DNA of 63,193 nucleotides, counting the filler, from Octopus bimaculoides (lineage: Eukaryota), in NCBI RefSeq assembly GCF_001194135.2. It is 8 parts of 7 records of this genome, joined end to end, with 100 filler letters (N's around TTAATTAATTAA, not from the genome) between each part and the next. Parts side by side here need not be neighbours in the genome. Positions count along the whole stretch, not along the records: positions 34,527 to 54,654 come from NC_068985.1; 7 more parts are not named here. One strand, given 5' to 3'. The translations under genes and the position numbers were made by a program. Positions 37,557 through 50,081 of this stretch are shown piece by piece. The notes under the pieces are model-generated. The model searched no databases. It saw nothing but the letters and a program-made list of their open reading frames with translations, and was not told the DNA's origin. The first letter of the stretch is position 1; each line of letters starts with the position of its first letter.

Positions 37557-39211
37557 GTATATTGAAATGGCCCTTTATCATATCGTTACAATGTAAGATA
37601 CAACTTCTTAGAGTTGTAGTGCAGTGATTATTTGCAGTACTCATATCAATTCTGTGGGTAGTTAACTTTATCTGTGAGTGACTACTTGAGAAAGAGTGAA
37701 ACAATTTCGGCAAACGGATAGGGTGAAAGCTGATAACTCAGAAGCGGAGAGAAATAGATGCTCTTCGCTTAGGCTTTTAGTGACCAAAGAGATAAAAACC
37801 GATCTTAGGTTCTGTATTTAGGTTCTGCCTGAACCCTATTTAACTTAATATTAAGCAAAAGAACTTTATTAAGCGTGAGAGTTGGGTCTCACAAATGTTT
37901 AAGTGCGAAAGCCAAGAACAATGGAAAAAGAACTGGCAGTAAAATGTAGATTCGGTTTCGAATCCTGGTTTAGAATCTAGGAAGTTATTCACACACGACG
38001 GGTTTTTTTCAGTTTCCGTCTACCAAATCCACTCACAAGGCTTTGGTCGGTTCGAGGCTATAGCTCAAGGTGTCACGCAGTGGGACTTAACCAGGAACCA
38101 TGTGGTTGGGAAGCAAACTTCTTACCACATAGCCACGCCGCCGCCTATATTTACTTGCAGTTCTACATCGAAATTTCCAAATATTAAACATACCAATAAT
38201 TCTAAATTTCTTGGAAAACAGCGAAATTTAATAGGAAACTTAATACATCCAGACAAACAGTGACCTTATTTGAACCAGTTTCTCAAGTGTTGTTCATTGT
38301 TTTCTATATTTTAAAAATACGAAATTAGATTACATTTCTAAGTCGGCCACTTGTCTGGTCGTAGTTATGGTTCAACGAAATTCGACAACATGGTTAGAGA
38401 AATAATTATACTAGTCGTTTCCCAGAAGTTATGCAAATTTTATTTCACTTCTCTAATACCTTTTCGACAACAGTTGATGCTGTCCTCATTTTCCCCAAAC
38501 ACCTACGCCATCTTTTCCCTCTCAATACTTCACTACTTTTTCTCACCCACATCATTTCTCCCACCTCCTCATCATCTATGTTATATAATACTTGACATTT
38601 TCAAGCAAACAATAAAAGACAGAGAGAGAGAGAGAGAGAGAGAAAAGGAAGCAAAATAACGCGCTTACGTTATTTGACGTTATATATGAGGCAAGCTATT
38701 TTACACATAGATACACTACACATACAAGCACATACTTCTACACACGCTTATTATTCTATTATTAGTATCAGTAATTCCACTTTTCTTTTACCATTTATAG
38801 CCATTTATGAAAAAGGTTCTCTTTAAAATCATTGTTAATGTATCTTGGGATGGAAGGAATGAGTTTATGATGTTCACCCACAAACTTCCTAAGGGCATTA
38901 AGGGAGTAAATGGGCGCAGGAATGATGATGTAGTTAAGAGGTTCACTTCGAAAATATGTGAGCCAGGGTTCGATTTCACTGTACCGATAACTTTGGCGTC
39001 GGGTTGATCAAAACATGGTCGGCGAAATTTGGCAAATAGAAACTGTGCGGAAGACCGACGTATTCGCGCGCGCGAAACATTGGTGCGTGGTTACGCAGTT
39101 CTATTCCGAAACGCGTGGTTTCGAGTTCAGTCTCACTGTGCGCTGCTCTGGATAGGTGCCTTCCACTATAGCCCCTGGACAATCAATGTCGTGTGCGTAT
39201 CTATGTATATA

Positions 39212-39247
<36 letters not shown>

Positions 39248-40589
39248 NNNNNNNNNNNNNNNNNNNNNNNNNNNNNNNNNNNNNNNNNNNNNNNNNNNNN
39301 NNNNNNNNNNNNNNNNNNNNNNNNNNNNNNNNNNNNNNNNNNNNNNNNNNNNNNNNNNNNNNNNNNNNNNNNNNNNNNNNNNNNNNNNNNNNNNNNNNNN
39401 NNNNNNNNNNNNNNNNNNNNNNNNNNNNNNNNNNNNNNNNNNNNNNNNNNNNNNNNNNNNNNNNNNNNNNNNNNNNNNNNNNNNNNNNNNNNNNNNNNNN
39501 NNNNNNNNNNNNNNNNNNNNNNNNNNNNNNNNNNNNNNNNNNNNNNCGGTTACTCTCGAAACTGCTCTAATCTGGCCGATCTCAAGAAAACCTAAGCTAA
39601 GAGCACTAGATTATTTGGAAGAATGCAAGCGAATGTATACGAAAATAAGGACGGAAAAAAAAAACGGAGAAGTGGTATACAGTGAAAAATACAAACAACG
39701 GGTGTCTTTCGACTAAGGACGAATTAAATTAAGCTGGCGTGTGTGGAAGTGAAGCCTTACGGCAGGAACATAGAAGATGAAAGTCATGGGAAGGAATATA
39801 AGAGATGCTACACAGATGGTAGTCGAACCAAGAAAGAAGGGTCAGGCTTGGCCGAACACCGGTCACGTGGAAGGAGAGGAGAGAGGTAGGGGATAGAGGG
39901 ATTGAAGAATTAGGGAGGGACGAGAAAGAGAGAGAAAAGGAAAGGGACAGAGTGATGTAAAGGAGGAGGGAAAGTGATGAGAATGAAGAGAAGGCCAAGA
40001 AAGGTGAGAGAGGGCGGGAGCGAGAAAAAGAAAAGTGGAAGGAACGAAGAAAGTGTGAAAGGGGCTAAAGGAAAGATTAAAAGAGTCGTACAGAATTTAT
40101 ATATATGTATGTATGTATGTGTGTGTGTGTGTGTGCGTGTGTGTGCGTGTATATAAATTGTTATATTTCGGGATGGTCTTTTCTTTTTCTTGCCAAATAA
40201 ACACACGCACTATACATTCGTTCTTCACTGGTTTATTATTGTTCTTATTTCATGTCCTTTTGTCTTCAGAACAGGAGGAGACACGCAGGATGGAAAGTCG
40301 CTGAAGAGGTCACAGGGTGTGTGACAAAGGATTTCCAGACAATGGACATAAAATAAGAACAATAATAAACAAGTGAGGAACGAATATGTAATGCGTGTGT
40401 TTATTTGGCAAGGAAAAATTACCATCCCGAAATATAGCAATAACTGCTACAACATACGATTTCACATACATCAGGAATCTTGCAAAACGAATACATAAAC
40501 GTATATGTGTGAGTGTGTGTGTGTGTCTGTGTGTCTGTGTAACAATAGATAGATACACATTATTTACAATGGGCGGGTAGGTGTCCTCA

Positions 40590-41800
40590 CACTGTTTGTT
40601 ATTACAGAACGTTCTGGCTGATGTACTCTCCAGCCTTCATCGGGTGTTCTGATGGAATTTCGAACCCAGCCCTTTATTTGACTAATGGTGTACTCAGTTC
40701 TCATTCGCAAGGTATTCTTCTGTTTTTTTTTGCTCATGTCATTTTTTTCCTGTTGATATTATTTCCCAAACTCAGATTGAACTCAGAATCTTGGGGTTAG
40801 TAGCCCGCGCTCTTATCCACCATGTTATATGCCCGTGCGGAAGTATAGGGTGAATTTTGGGGCTTATAAACCTAATATTTTATCTTTTCTTAATACCAGT
40901 TCCCATATTACATTCATATCTGCACTAGGTCTGCTTGGGAGGTTATTGTGTCCCAGCATACGCGCTGCCTCTTTTAATTTTCGTATTTTCCAGTGGTATT
41001 CTCCATCTATTATTTTAACTTCATCTCACAGGGAGGAGGAGGTCACCGTTTTTCCATACATGATCGGCTATACTCAATTTTTCAATATCCTCTCGTGTCA
41101 CAGCTTTACGATGTTCCTCCACCTTTATTTTAAGGTGGGAGGGGGGATTAGCATATTTCGCCTGTGTATAACCTACCGCAACTGCATGGAATGGAGTACA
41201 CGCAGTTTTTGGTCATATTCTCTTCTATGGGTGGTTTTACTCGGAGGAGATATTTGCGAATTGATTTGCGAATTGTTGTATTACTTCTGAACACTGTCCT
41301 GATGTCATATGGGCAGCATATCTTTTGTATCTTTTCCAAGACGTCTTTGACATAGTTTAGACAGCCCCTCTCCTCTTTCTAATTGGAGTGGATAGTATGT
41401 TTTCTGGGTAGTTGTTGCTTAATAGATTGTTACCTAGGTTGATCATTTCTTGGTGGTGCGTATCAAGTCTTTGCACGATGTTTTAGGCACTGAGTAATCC
41501 CTTGCTTTATACAGTATACAGTATGGATGGTGGGAATTGAAGTTGAGGTATTGTCCAGTGAAGGTTGACTTGCCGGTATACGATGTCCTGAACCCATACT
41601 CAGCGCATGTAATTAATACATCCAGAAATGCCAGCTGATTGTCTTTTTCCTTTTCCATTGTGAACTGTATGGATGGCTTTATTGAGTTCACATGATCTAG
41701 CAGTACTTGGACATCCTCCTGGTAGGGCCAGTGTATAAAGGTGTCATCAACACATTTAGTGATGTTTAGTGAAAAAAAAAAATTTTCATCAGGTGAATAC
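40590..41800 (-). mobile_element. Penelope-like element 3' portion: RT end, GIY-YIG, then tRNA-like head and hammerhead-like tail
   Basis: CVDDTFIHW...IQFTMEKEKDNQLAFLDVLI...YLNFNSHHP (41443-41802), then CVYSIPCSCGRLYTGE...EEHRKAV...IADHVW...RKLKEA to a stop near 40870. Head at about 40775-40836. Confidence 0.85.
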
Positions 41801-42924
41801 ATGAATCACAACAATCTAAAGCATTCAAAAGCCAACAGTTTGTACCACTTCATGANNNNNNNNNNNNNNNNNNNNNNNNNNNNNNNNNNNNNNNNNNNNN
41901 NNNNNNNNNNNNNNNNNNNNNNNNNNNNNNNNNNNNNNNNNNNNNNNNNNNNNNNNNNNNNNNNNNNNNNNNNNNNNNNNNNNNNNNNNNNNNNNNNNNN
42001 NNNNNNNNNNNNNNNNNNNNNNNNNNNNNNNNNNNNNNNNNNNNNNNNNNNNNNNNNNNNNNNNNNNNNNNNNNNNNNNNNNNNNNNNNNNNNNNNNNNN
42101 NNNNNNNNNNNNNNNNNNNNNNNNNNNNNNNNNNNNNNNNNNNNNNNNNNNNNNNNNNNNNNNNNNNNNNNNNNNNNNNNNNNNNNNNNNNNNNNNNNNN
42201 NNNNNNNNNNNNNNNNNNNNNNNNNNNNNNNNNNNNNNNNNNNNNNNNNNNNNNNNNNNNNNNNNNNNNNNNNNNNNNNNNNNNNNNNNNNNNNNNNNNN
42301 NNNNNNNNNNNNNNNNNNNNNNNNNNNNATTGGTGAGTTTATGCCCCCGTAACTTAGCCGTTCGGCAAAAGGATCCGATAGAATAATTACTTGGTTTTAA
42401 AAACAAAATAAGTCCTGGCGTTGATTTGTTCGACTAAAACCCTTGAAGGCGTTGCCCCAGCATGGCCGCAGTAAGATGGCTGAAACAGGCAAAAGTTATA
42501 AGATACAAGCATATAAAGCATTATTTCAATGATGTTTACTTTGCTGCTCACAATTTCCAAGTCAGTCACAACACAATGGTGAGTCCAAAATGAATAGAAA
42601 AGTCAATAACAAAGAATAAAAAATTACAAATAGAAGGAAAGCAAAAAAAAAAAAAAAATGTAAAAAGTAAGTTTAGAAGGAACAATGCACCCAACCCTTA
42701 CCTGACGAATGTTAAAGACTTGATTTAAAATCTTAAGAGGTACCCCAGAATTCTCGTCCAAGCAGATAAAACTGGAAACCTACATAACAGTATCTAGCTC
42801 CTCCATCTCTGTCTCTCTATCTATCTCTCCTTCTGTGTATACACAGACGCGCGCACACACACACATACATACATACACGCTCACAGATAGATATATACAT
42901 GCATTTATACATACATGCATACAT

Positions 42925-43280
42925 ACGTTGTGACGAGGGATCCAGTTGATCCGATCAACGGAACAGCCTGCTCGTGAAATTAACGTGCAAGTGGCTGAGC
43001 ACTCCACAGACACGTGTACTCTAAACGTGGTTCTCGGGGAGATTCAGCGTGACACAGTGTGTGACAAGGCTGGCCCTTTGAAATACAGGCACAACAGAAA
43101 CAGGAAGAAAGAGTGAGAAAGTTGTGGTGAAAGAGTACAGCAAGGTCCGCTGCCACCCCCTGCCGTAGCTTCGTGGAGCTTTAGGCGTTTTCGCTCAATC
43201 AACACTCACAACACCCGGTCTGGGAATCGAAACCGCGAGTCCGCTGCCCTAATCACTGGGCCATTGCACCTCCACCATGC
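42925..43280 (-). mobile_element. SINE family E; copies at 43690-44020(+) and 49722-50015(-)
   Basis: Shared GTTGATCCGATCAAC..AACAGCCTGCTC..GAAAT..CGTGCAAGT and CTTGAG..ACACTTTATTTCACGTTGCTCCAGT blocks, with a tRNA-like GGTTCGATTCCC head. Confidence 0.7.
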
Positions 43281-44561
43281 ATACGTAAGTGTATGTATAT
43301 ACATATTTTATCTTTTACTTGTTTCAGTCATTTCACTGCGGCCGTGTTGTGGCACCGCCTCGAAGGGTTTTGTTGTCCAACAAATCGACGCTACTTTTTT
43401 TTTTGCCTAGTACTTAGCCGAGCAGCTAAGTTACGGGGACATAAACAAATCAACACCGGTTGTCAAGTGAAGGTGGGAGATAAACGCAGACACACACTCA
43501 CTTGCGCTCGCGCGCATATATATATATAATATATATACACGACGGGCTTCATTCAGTTTCCATCTACCAAATCCACTCACAAGGCTTTGGACGGCCCGAG
43601 GCTATAGTAGAAGACACTTGATCAAGTACCGGAACCATATGGTTGGGAAGCAAATACACACACACACACACACACATATATATAAATGAAGGTATATGGC
43701 TCTTGGTTAGAGTGTCGAGTTTACAATCATGAAGTAGTTAGTTCGATTCCCGGACCAGGCTGTGTGTTGTGTTCTTGAGCTTGACACTTTATTTCACGTT
43801 GCTCCAGTTCATTCAGCTGTAGAAATGAGTTGTGACGTCACTGGTGCCAAGCTGTATCGGCCTTTGCTATTCCCTTGGATAACATCAGTGGCGTGGAAAG
43901 GGAAGGCTGATATGCATGGGCGACTGATGGTCTTCCATAAACAACCTTGTTTAGACTTGTGCCTCGGAGGATAACTTTCTAGGGGCAATCCCATTGTCAT
44001 TTATGACCGATGGAAGGGGTGTGGGGTCTTTACCAACAACAATAACAATAATAACGATAACCAATTACCTCCCCTTATTTTTTTCTATTTGTGAAGTCAT
44101 TCACTTGTAAATATCATCACACACAACATGGACAAACATTTTTTCTTCAGAAAATACATATTCAAATAAGTAAACCATAATATCATGAATAGCGAAAGCG
44201 AAACCGGCCGATATATTAAAAATTATATTAANNNNNNNNNNNNNNNNNNNNNNNNNNNNNNNNNNNNNNNNNNNNNNNNNNNNNNNNNNNNNNNNNNNNN
44301 NNNNNNNNNNNNNNNNNNNNNNNNNNNNNNNNNNNNNNNNNNNNNNNNNNNNNNNNNNNNNNNNNNNNNNNNNNNNNNNNNNNNNNNNNNNGTGAGGCCG
44401 GAACAATGCAAAATAAATCCAAGGCAAATCACAAGAAAACAGGCATATGAATTAATGGTGACTTTTCTTGTGATTTCCCATGGATTTATTTCGCATTGTT
44501 CCGACTTTATCCACGAATTTTATATAATATATTCCACAAAATGCTTTATAGTAAGTATTCC

Positions 44562-44610
<49 letters not shown>

Positions 44611-45435
44611 AGGTTTCAAATCTACAATCTACGATCGAAATTTGAGTCCATTTGTAGAACGAAGGATTGTGAGCATAAAGTGGTAGGATAGAATTCCTGA
44701 TACAGATGTTCTACCACATGCCGATACATCCTGTTTGTTGGCTAAGTTCAAGCAAACCTAGCTACGTTAGGCTGGGCATGTCAAAAGAATCGACTTTTGA
44801 CTGCTAAAAGCAATTTTATAAGTCCAAGTTTGCAAATGGAAGCCGCAGCGTTTGTGCAATTTATAAAAGCTTTAACGGTACAAGCAAAGCAACCGTGAAG
44901 AAGAAGCAAGATTAGTCTAAAGTAGTGGTTCTCAACCAGGGTCCATATAAGATTTTGTGGCGTCTACACAACAAAATAGTAAATTAGCGATCCACAATAG
45001 TATTTTATGAGCCCCTGAAAATATTTTGCTTTAGATGTAAGTATTGGTATGTATTGCAAGAAACAGCTAAAATTTTACATAGTTCAATCTACATAAGTTA
45101 ATGTGTGAAAAGAAAAAGGTAGGGGGAACTTGAAAGAAGTTTCTATAAAGCTAGTTTTTAAACATCGAATGGCTAAATGGGTTCACCAGAATAAAATAAA
45201 TACAAAATACGATCAGAAAAGTTCAAAGTGACTTTCCGAACACGCTGTATTATTTATTCACATGTTTCATTTGCTAATAGGAATTACGAAGTTTTACATG
45301 CTAGATAGACATGTAAAAAAGTTCCTATTAGAAATACTTGAAAGAAATTGAATGACATTATTTAATTTTTCTGTCTGAAGAATTTCTAATAGGTGAATAA
45401 ATAATACCTATAAATTTTCCAACTTCCTGTTTTGT

Positions 45436-45562
<127 letters not shown>

Positions 45563-46119
45563 GTTTTGTGATTGCTCCATTTTCACAGATAATTGCTCTC
45601 TCCTTGTGTTTCCACGTCGTCAACGGCATTTCTGACTTTCTTTCCATGATCTCCCAGATGTCTATTCAGTTCTGCTGTAGATCTGCATGGTTCGAAGCTT
45701 TGGTAATGAAAGTTCTAACTCGCTATGCGCTTCTAACTGACTAAGCCAACACACGTCACCACTCTTCCATCGCCATAGAACTTTCAGTAGGTGGCATGAA
45801 AAATCAAGTCACCATAAAGAGACATCTCCATGATTAGTACCTAGTGACAGACTGAAGCGAGGTGGCCAATGAAGTCGCACGTTTTACATCAGTGTTCCTC
45901 TCCTAGAAAGATGCTGTGTCAACATCTAGGGCCCCTCACTCCCAGTACTTTACTGCGCGCTCTGATACCAACTAAAGGTATTTCTGCGACCCCCTCAGAT
46001 GTATTGTCATGACATCTGCTCGTTAACTCATAGTTAGGACCCTGACAGGTGCTACTACTTCGGGTCAGAGTTAACCCGAAAGCAATAATGGCAAAGAAAT
46101 GGTTCCACACTCCTCAATA

Positions 46120-46480
46120 ATGGCAAAGAAGTGGTTCCACACTCTATCAAAGCCACAGTCACGCAGAACACCTACTGAAACCAAGGTCTTGTATGCTGGA
46201 ACATTGTCCTGAGGAAACAAGATCTTTCGTGAGTTTTCCTGGCCATTTGGTCTTGACAGCCTTTCATAATTACTTCAGCAAATAGGCATAGTACTCTCCA
46301 TTGGTGATGCGGCCCTTTGAAAATTACTATCTAAACGCAATGCCTTTTGTATTACCCAGAAACTGAGGTCGTCACCTTCCCTGCCGATGAAACGAACTTG
46401 GCCTTCTTTGGAGCAGGTGAAGAGGGGGTGTTTCCACTGCAGGGAAGTAGCGGTGATTGTGTGTCGCTGGCGATAGCTAT
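46120..46480 (-). mobile_element. Mariner transposase catalytic-domain fragment, degraded
   Basis: Frameshifted minus-strand translation: QWKHP..PAPKKAKFVSSAGKV...NGEYYAYLL...KWPGKLTK..LFPQDNVPAYKTL...RDCGF. Confidence 0.75.
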
Positions 46481-46754
46481 GATTTGCTTTTATGCACCAA
46501 AAAACTACTTGAGAGTTTTTCTCTCTTGGTAAATATGGCTGTATTTGTATGTTCCAACACAACATCCAATGTTAAGTGATAAATATTTTACCTTTGAATA
46601 TTTAAAATTTTCCATTTGCAGAAACCATATCCAAAAAGAATTTAGGATTAGAAGCAGTAGAATTCTGGATAGACAAATGCCCACAAAAAATCCATGAGAG
46701 ATTCCCATAAGGCTTTATGCTTGAAAGATTTCGGTTAGTACTATAAAACAACTA

Positions 46755-47050
46755 CTTCTTTGAATGCAAATATGAATTGCAAAACAAAATATCTCATCTA
46801 CTGCATGACATGTCCAGAATGCAACGAGAATTACAACGGAAAAACAGAGACAAAACTAACCAGCTGTATAAATGTGCACAAGCAGCAAATTAAAGATTTA
46901 TTTCTTAGAAGTGTTCCATGCAGTAAACATCTAGACATTTGTGCAAAAAGGAAATTTTAAATATTCCCCTTTTACAAAATAAAAGATGAAAAGGATCAAC
47001 TACGAAAGGCAAAAGTAGAATATTTTATAGGAATTCTAAATCCGAAAATA
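46755..47050 (+). mobile_element. Penelope-like GIY-YIG fragment
   Basis: MNCKTKYLIYCMTCPECNENYNGKTET...VHKQQIKD is closely related to ORF 3489-3779. Confidence 0.8.
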
Positions 47051-47365
47051 GTCAATGCCATTATTAAAAACAACTTTCTCTACACGTGTGTTTGAAAAAT
47101 TGAACAACGAAAGTGCATACACACAAAATACACAAACTTCTTCCTCAAAGGTTGGTGACATTCTGAACTTCAAAAATTTCTTTCCTTAGATATTGTGACT
47201 GTCCCAAGTAAAGTTCACAAAAGTTTTAATATATACNNNNNNNNNNNNNNNNNNNNNNNNNNNNNNNNNNNNNNNNNNNNNNNNNNNNNNNNNNNNNNNN
47301 NNNNNNNNNNNNNNNNNNNNNNNNNNNNNNNNNNNNNNATATATATATATATATATATATACATA

Positions 47366-49717
47366 TTAGCAGAGATAACCGGCATTGCTCGGGATTAAAA
47401 TGGCATAGTTTGTATATAAATATTACAGTTATGTTGAAACAGGTGATATAGAAAAGTGCAACGTTCATAACAAAACATTTGTGGAGTAAATGCTGGCCTA
47501 ATTCGACTAAGCAACATGCTATGCGTCCGTTTGGAGTATTTCAGGCCCTAACTTGTCCTGAAAAATTGGAGGTGAAGGTTATGTGATTTTTGAACGCACC
47601 GAAAAGCTGTCAGTGGATATACTCTCCTTTGCGGCAGTCGGCACTGTCTAACACGACCCATTATCTGAAATTTTGACACTTCCGTCGGGTCTGTTGTCCT
47701 ACATCACTCATAAAGTAAATTTTGAGGAACTGTGGTTGTTCATTTGCGGGTAACAGGGAACCAATGAGGTGATTGACTTGCCCTTGAACTTTGACGACGG
47801 CGTAAATTCATGTTTGTCTATCTTCTTAGATGCACCAAACGATGACTGGATGGAAGTACCTTCTAGAAGATTCATAAGAGGTTGAGAAGAAGCTGGTAGT
47901 GCTGGCAATGTTACCTGACCGCCTGAGCAGCACATACCATTTGTTTCATTTGAAAATTTTAAAGCTCTACATAAANNNNNNNNNNNNNNNNNNNNNNNNN
48001 NNNNNNNNNNNNNNNNNNNNNNNNNNNNNNNNNNNNNNNNNNNNNNNNNNNNNNNNNNNNNNNNNNNNNNNNNNNNNNNNNNNNNNNNNNNNNNNNNNNN
48101 NNNNNNNNNNNNNNNNNNNNNNNNNNNNNNNNNNNNNNNNNNNNNNNNNNNNNNNNNNNNNNNNNNNNNNNNNNNNNNNNNNNNNNNNNNNNNNNNNNNN
48201 NNNNNNNNNNNNNNNNNNNNNNNNNNNNNNNNNNNNNNNNNNNNNNNNNNNNNNNNNNNNNNNNNNNNNNNNNNNNNNNNNNNNNNNNNNNNNNNNNNNN
48301 NNNNNNNNNNNNNNNNNNNNNNNNNNNNNNNNNNNNNNNNNNNNNNNNNNNNNNNNNNNNNNNNNNNNNNNNNNNNNNNNNNNNNNNNNNNNNNNNNNNN
48401 NNNNNNNNNNNNNNNNNNNNNNNNNNNNNNNNNNNNNNNNNNNNNNNNNNNNNNNNNNNNNNNNNNNNNNNNNNNNNNNNNNNNNNNNNNNNNNNNNNNN
48501 NNNNNNNNNNNNNNNNNNNNNNNNNNNNNNNNNNNNNNNNNNNNNNNNNNNNNNNNNNNNNNNNNNNNNAAGAGAGATAGAGTGAGTGAAGGTGTGTGTC
48601 GTGATGATTGATGTCTTTTAAGGTACAAACATTTAGAAAATGTGACGTCATCGTATAACATGTTTACGATAGTTGATTTATGGAAAAGATTATAATGTTA
48701 AATTTTTGAAATGCAAATATGTGAATAGAAATTAAGTTTAATTTATAGCCGAAATAGTACTAAATCTTTTGATACCCCATACGTCAAAATCTGTAACTCG
48801 GTTTTGGAATGCATAAGGAATATATGTATATATATGTAGGACAGACTTCTTTCAAACTGAAAGTATTATCTCACATTACAATAGAGACGTAATACTAAAA
48901 GAGTGTAAGTGATAAGAGATTGTTCTGGGCCCGCATTAGGTAAGAAGTTGGAAATTTTTTTGGCCCAAGACACTTCATGGACTTTGGCTTCTGTATTTGA
49001 CGACTGTTACTTTAAATATTTTATTTCGATTTTATGTATATATGTACGTATGAGTCAATAAAGGAGACTTGTACATGGTAGCTAGACCTGGTAGAAACAG
49101 CAGCCAAATCTCCCTCAAAACACCCTACTGTCTTAATCCGACAATTCTGCCTATTATGTAGTTTGAATGAGAAACTGTAACTAAAGATTAAGATTATTAA
49201 CCCCAAAATTTTACGCGTTTTAATAGCAATTAATTTTTTTTCTTCTTTGCGTAGCTTTTCATGTCAGCTGTAAAGGTGAAGAGGGTTAACTTGGACGGTA
49301 TTAAGTAGTGGAGATGTTTGGTGATTCTATGTGATGGTTACTTTTAACTGTGTCTTCTCAATAAGGATAATTGACTGATAACGAATCTTAACACAATATA
49401 TATACAACTTCAAGTGGAATTGGACGTCATAAGAGAGGCAGTATAGCGACGGCTTTGACTGACTGTCATCCTGCACTCCCCTTGTTGCTAGCGAAATGGT
49501 ATGTGCCGGCTGTCTGAGCAACTTGTTGATTTTAATGGCGGAACAAACAGGACAAAAGGATTACAAAAATAGTGATTCTCACCTTGAAACTAACCAATTT
49601 GAAAATCTCTCTCATGTATCCATGTTTAAAATTTCAGCGCGATCGGATGAACAATACTCGAGTTATACGCGCACAAACAGACAGACAGACAGACAGAACG
49701 GATTTTATATATTAAGA
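47366..49717 (-). mobile_element. Internally deleted Helitron (5' TC end, Rep N-terminal fragment, 3' hairpin-CTRR end), spanning a gap
   Basis: 5' A|TCTTAATATATAAAATCCGTTCTGTCTG at 49717. LCRALKFSNETNGMCCSGGQVTLP...QFLKIY Rep region at about 47710-47970. 3' CCCGAGCAATGCCGG..CTAA|T at 47366. Linkage across the N gap is assumed. Confidence 0.6.
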
Positions 49718-50027
49718 TAACTGGCACTCCGTCGGCTACGACAACAAGGGTTCCAGTTGATCCGATCAACAAAACAGCCTGCTCTTGAAATAACGTGCAA
49801 GTAGCTGAGCATTCCACAGACACACGTACCATTAACATAGTTCTCAAGGAGATTCAGTGTGGTATAGAGTGTGTGACAAGGCTAACCCTTTCAATTACTG
49901 GTACAACTCAATTTGGCCAGCTGAGTGAACTGGAGCAAGGTGAAATAAAGTGTCTTACTCAAGGACTTAACGCGACGCCGGGAATCGAACTCACGATCAC
50001 TAAGCCACACGCCTTAATTCCCCCCCC

Positions 50028-50081
<54 letters not shown>

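Noticed and set aside
38772-38888. Possible minus-strand exon SLWVNIINSFLPSQDTLTMILKRTFFINGYK
   Set aside because: Canonical AG/GT boundaries, but no recognisable family and adjacent to a SINE head.
45959-45970. TGGTATCAGAGC (minus), resembling an initiator-tRNA primer-binding site
   Set aside because: No adjacent LTR ending in CA and no gag/pol. It matches plant/fungal rather than animal tRNAi, so it is likely chance.
46083-46144. 30-bp tandem duplication
   Set aside because: An ordinary local duplication at the edge of a decayed mariner.
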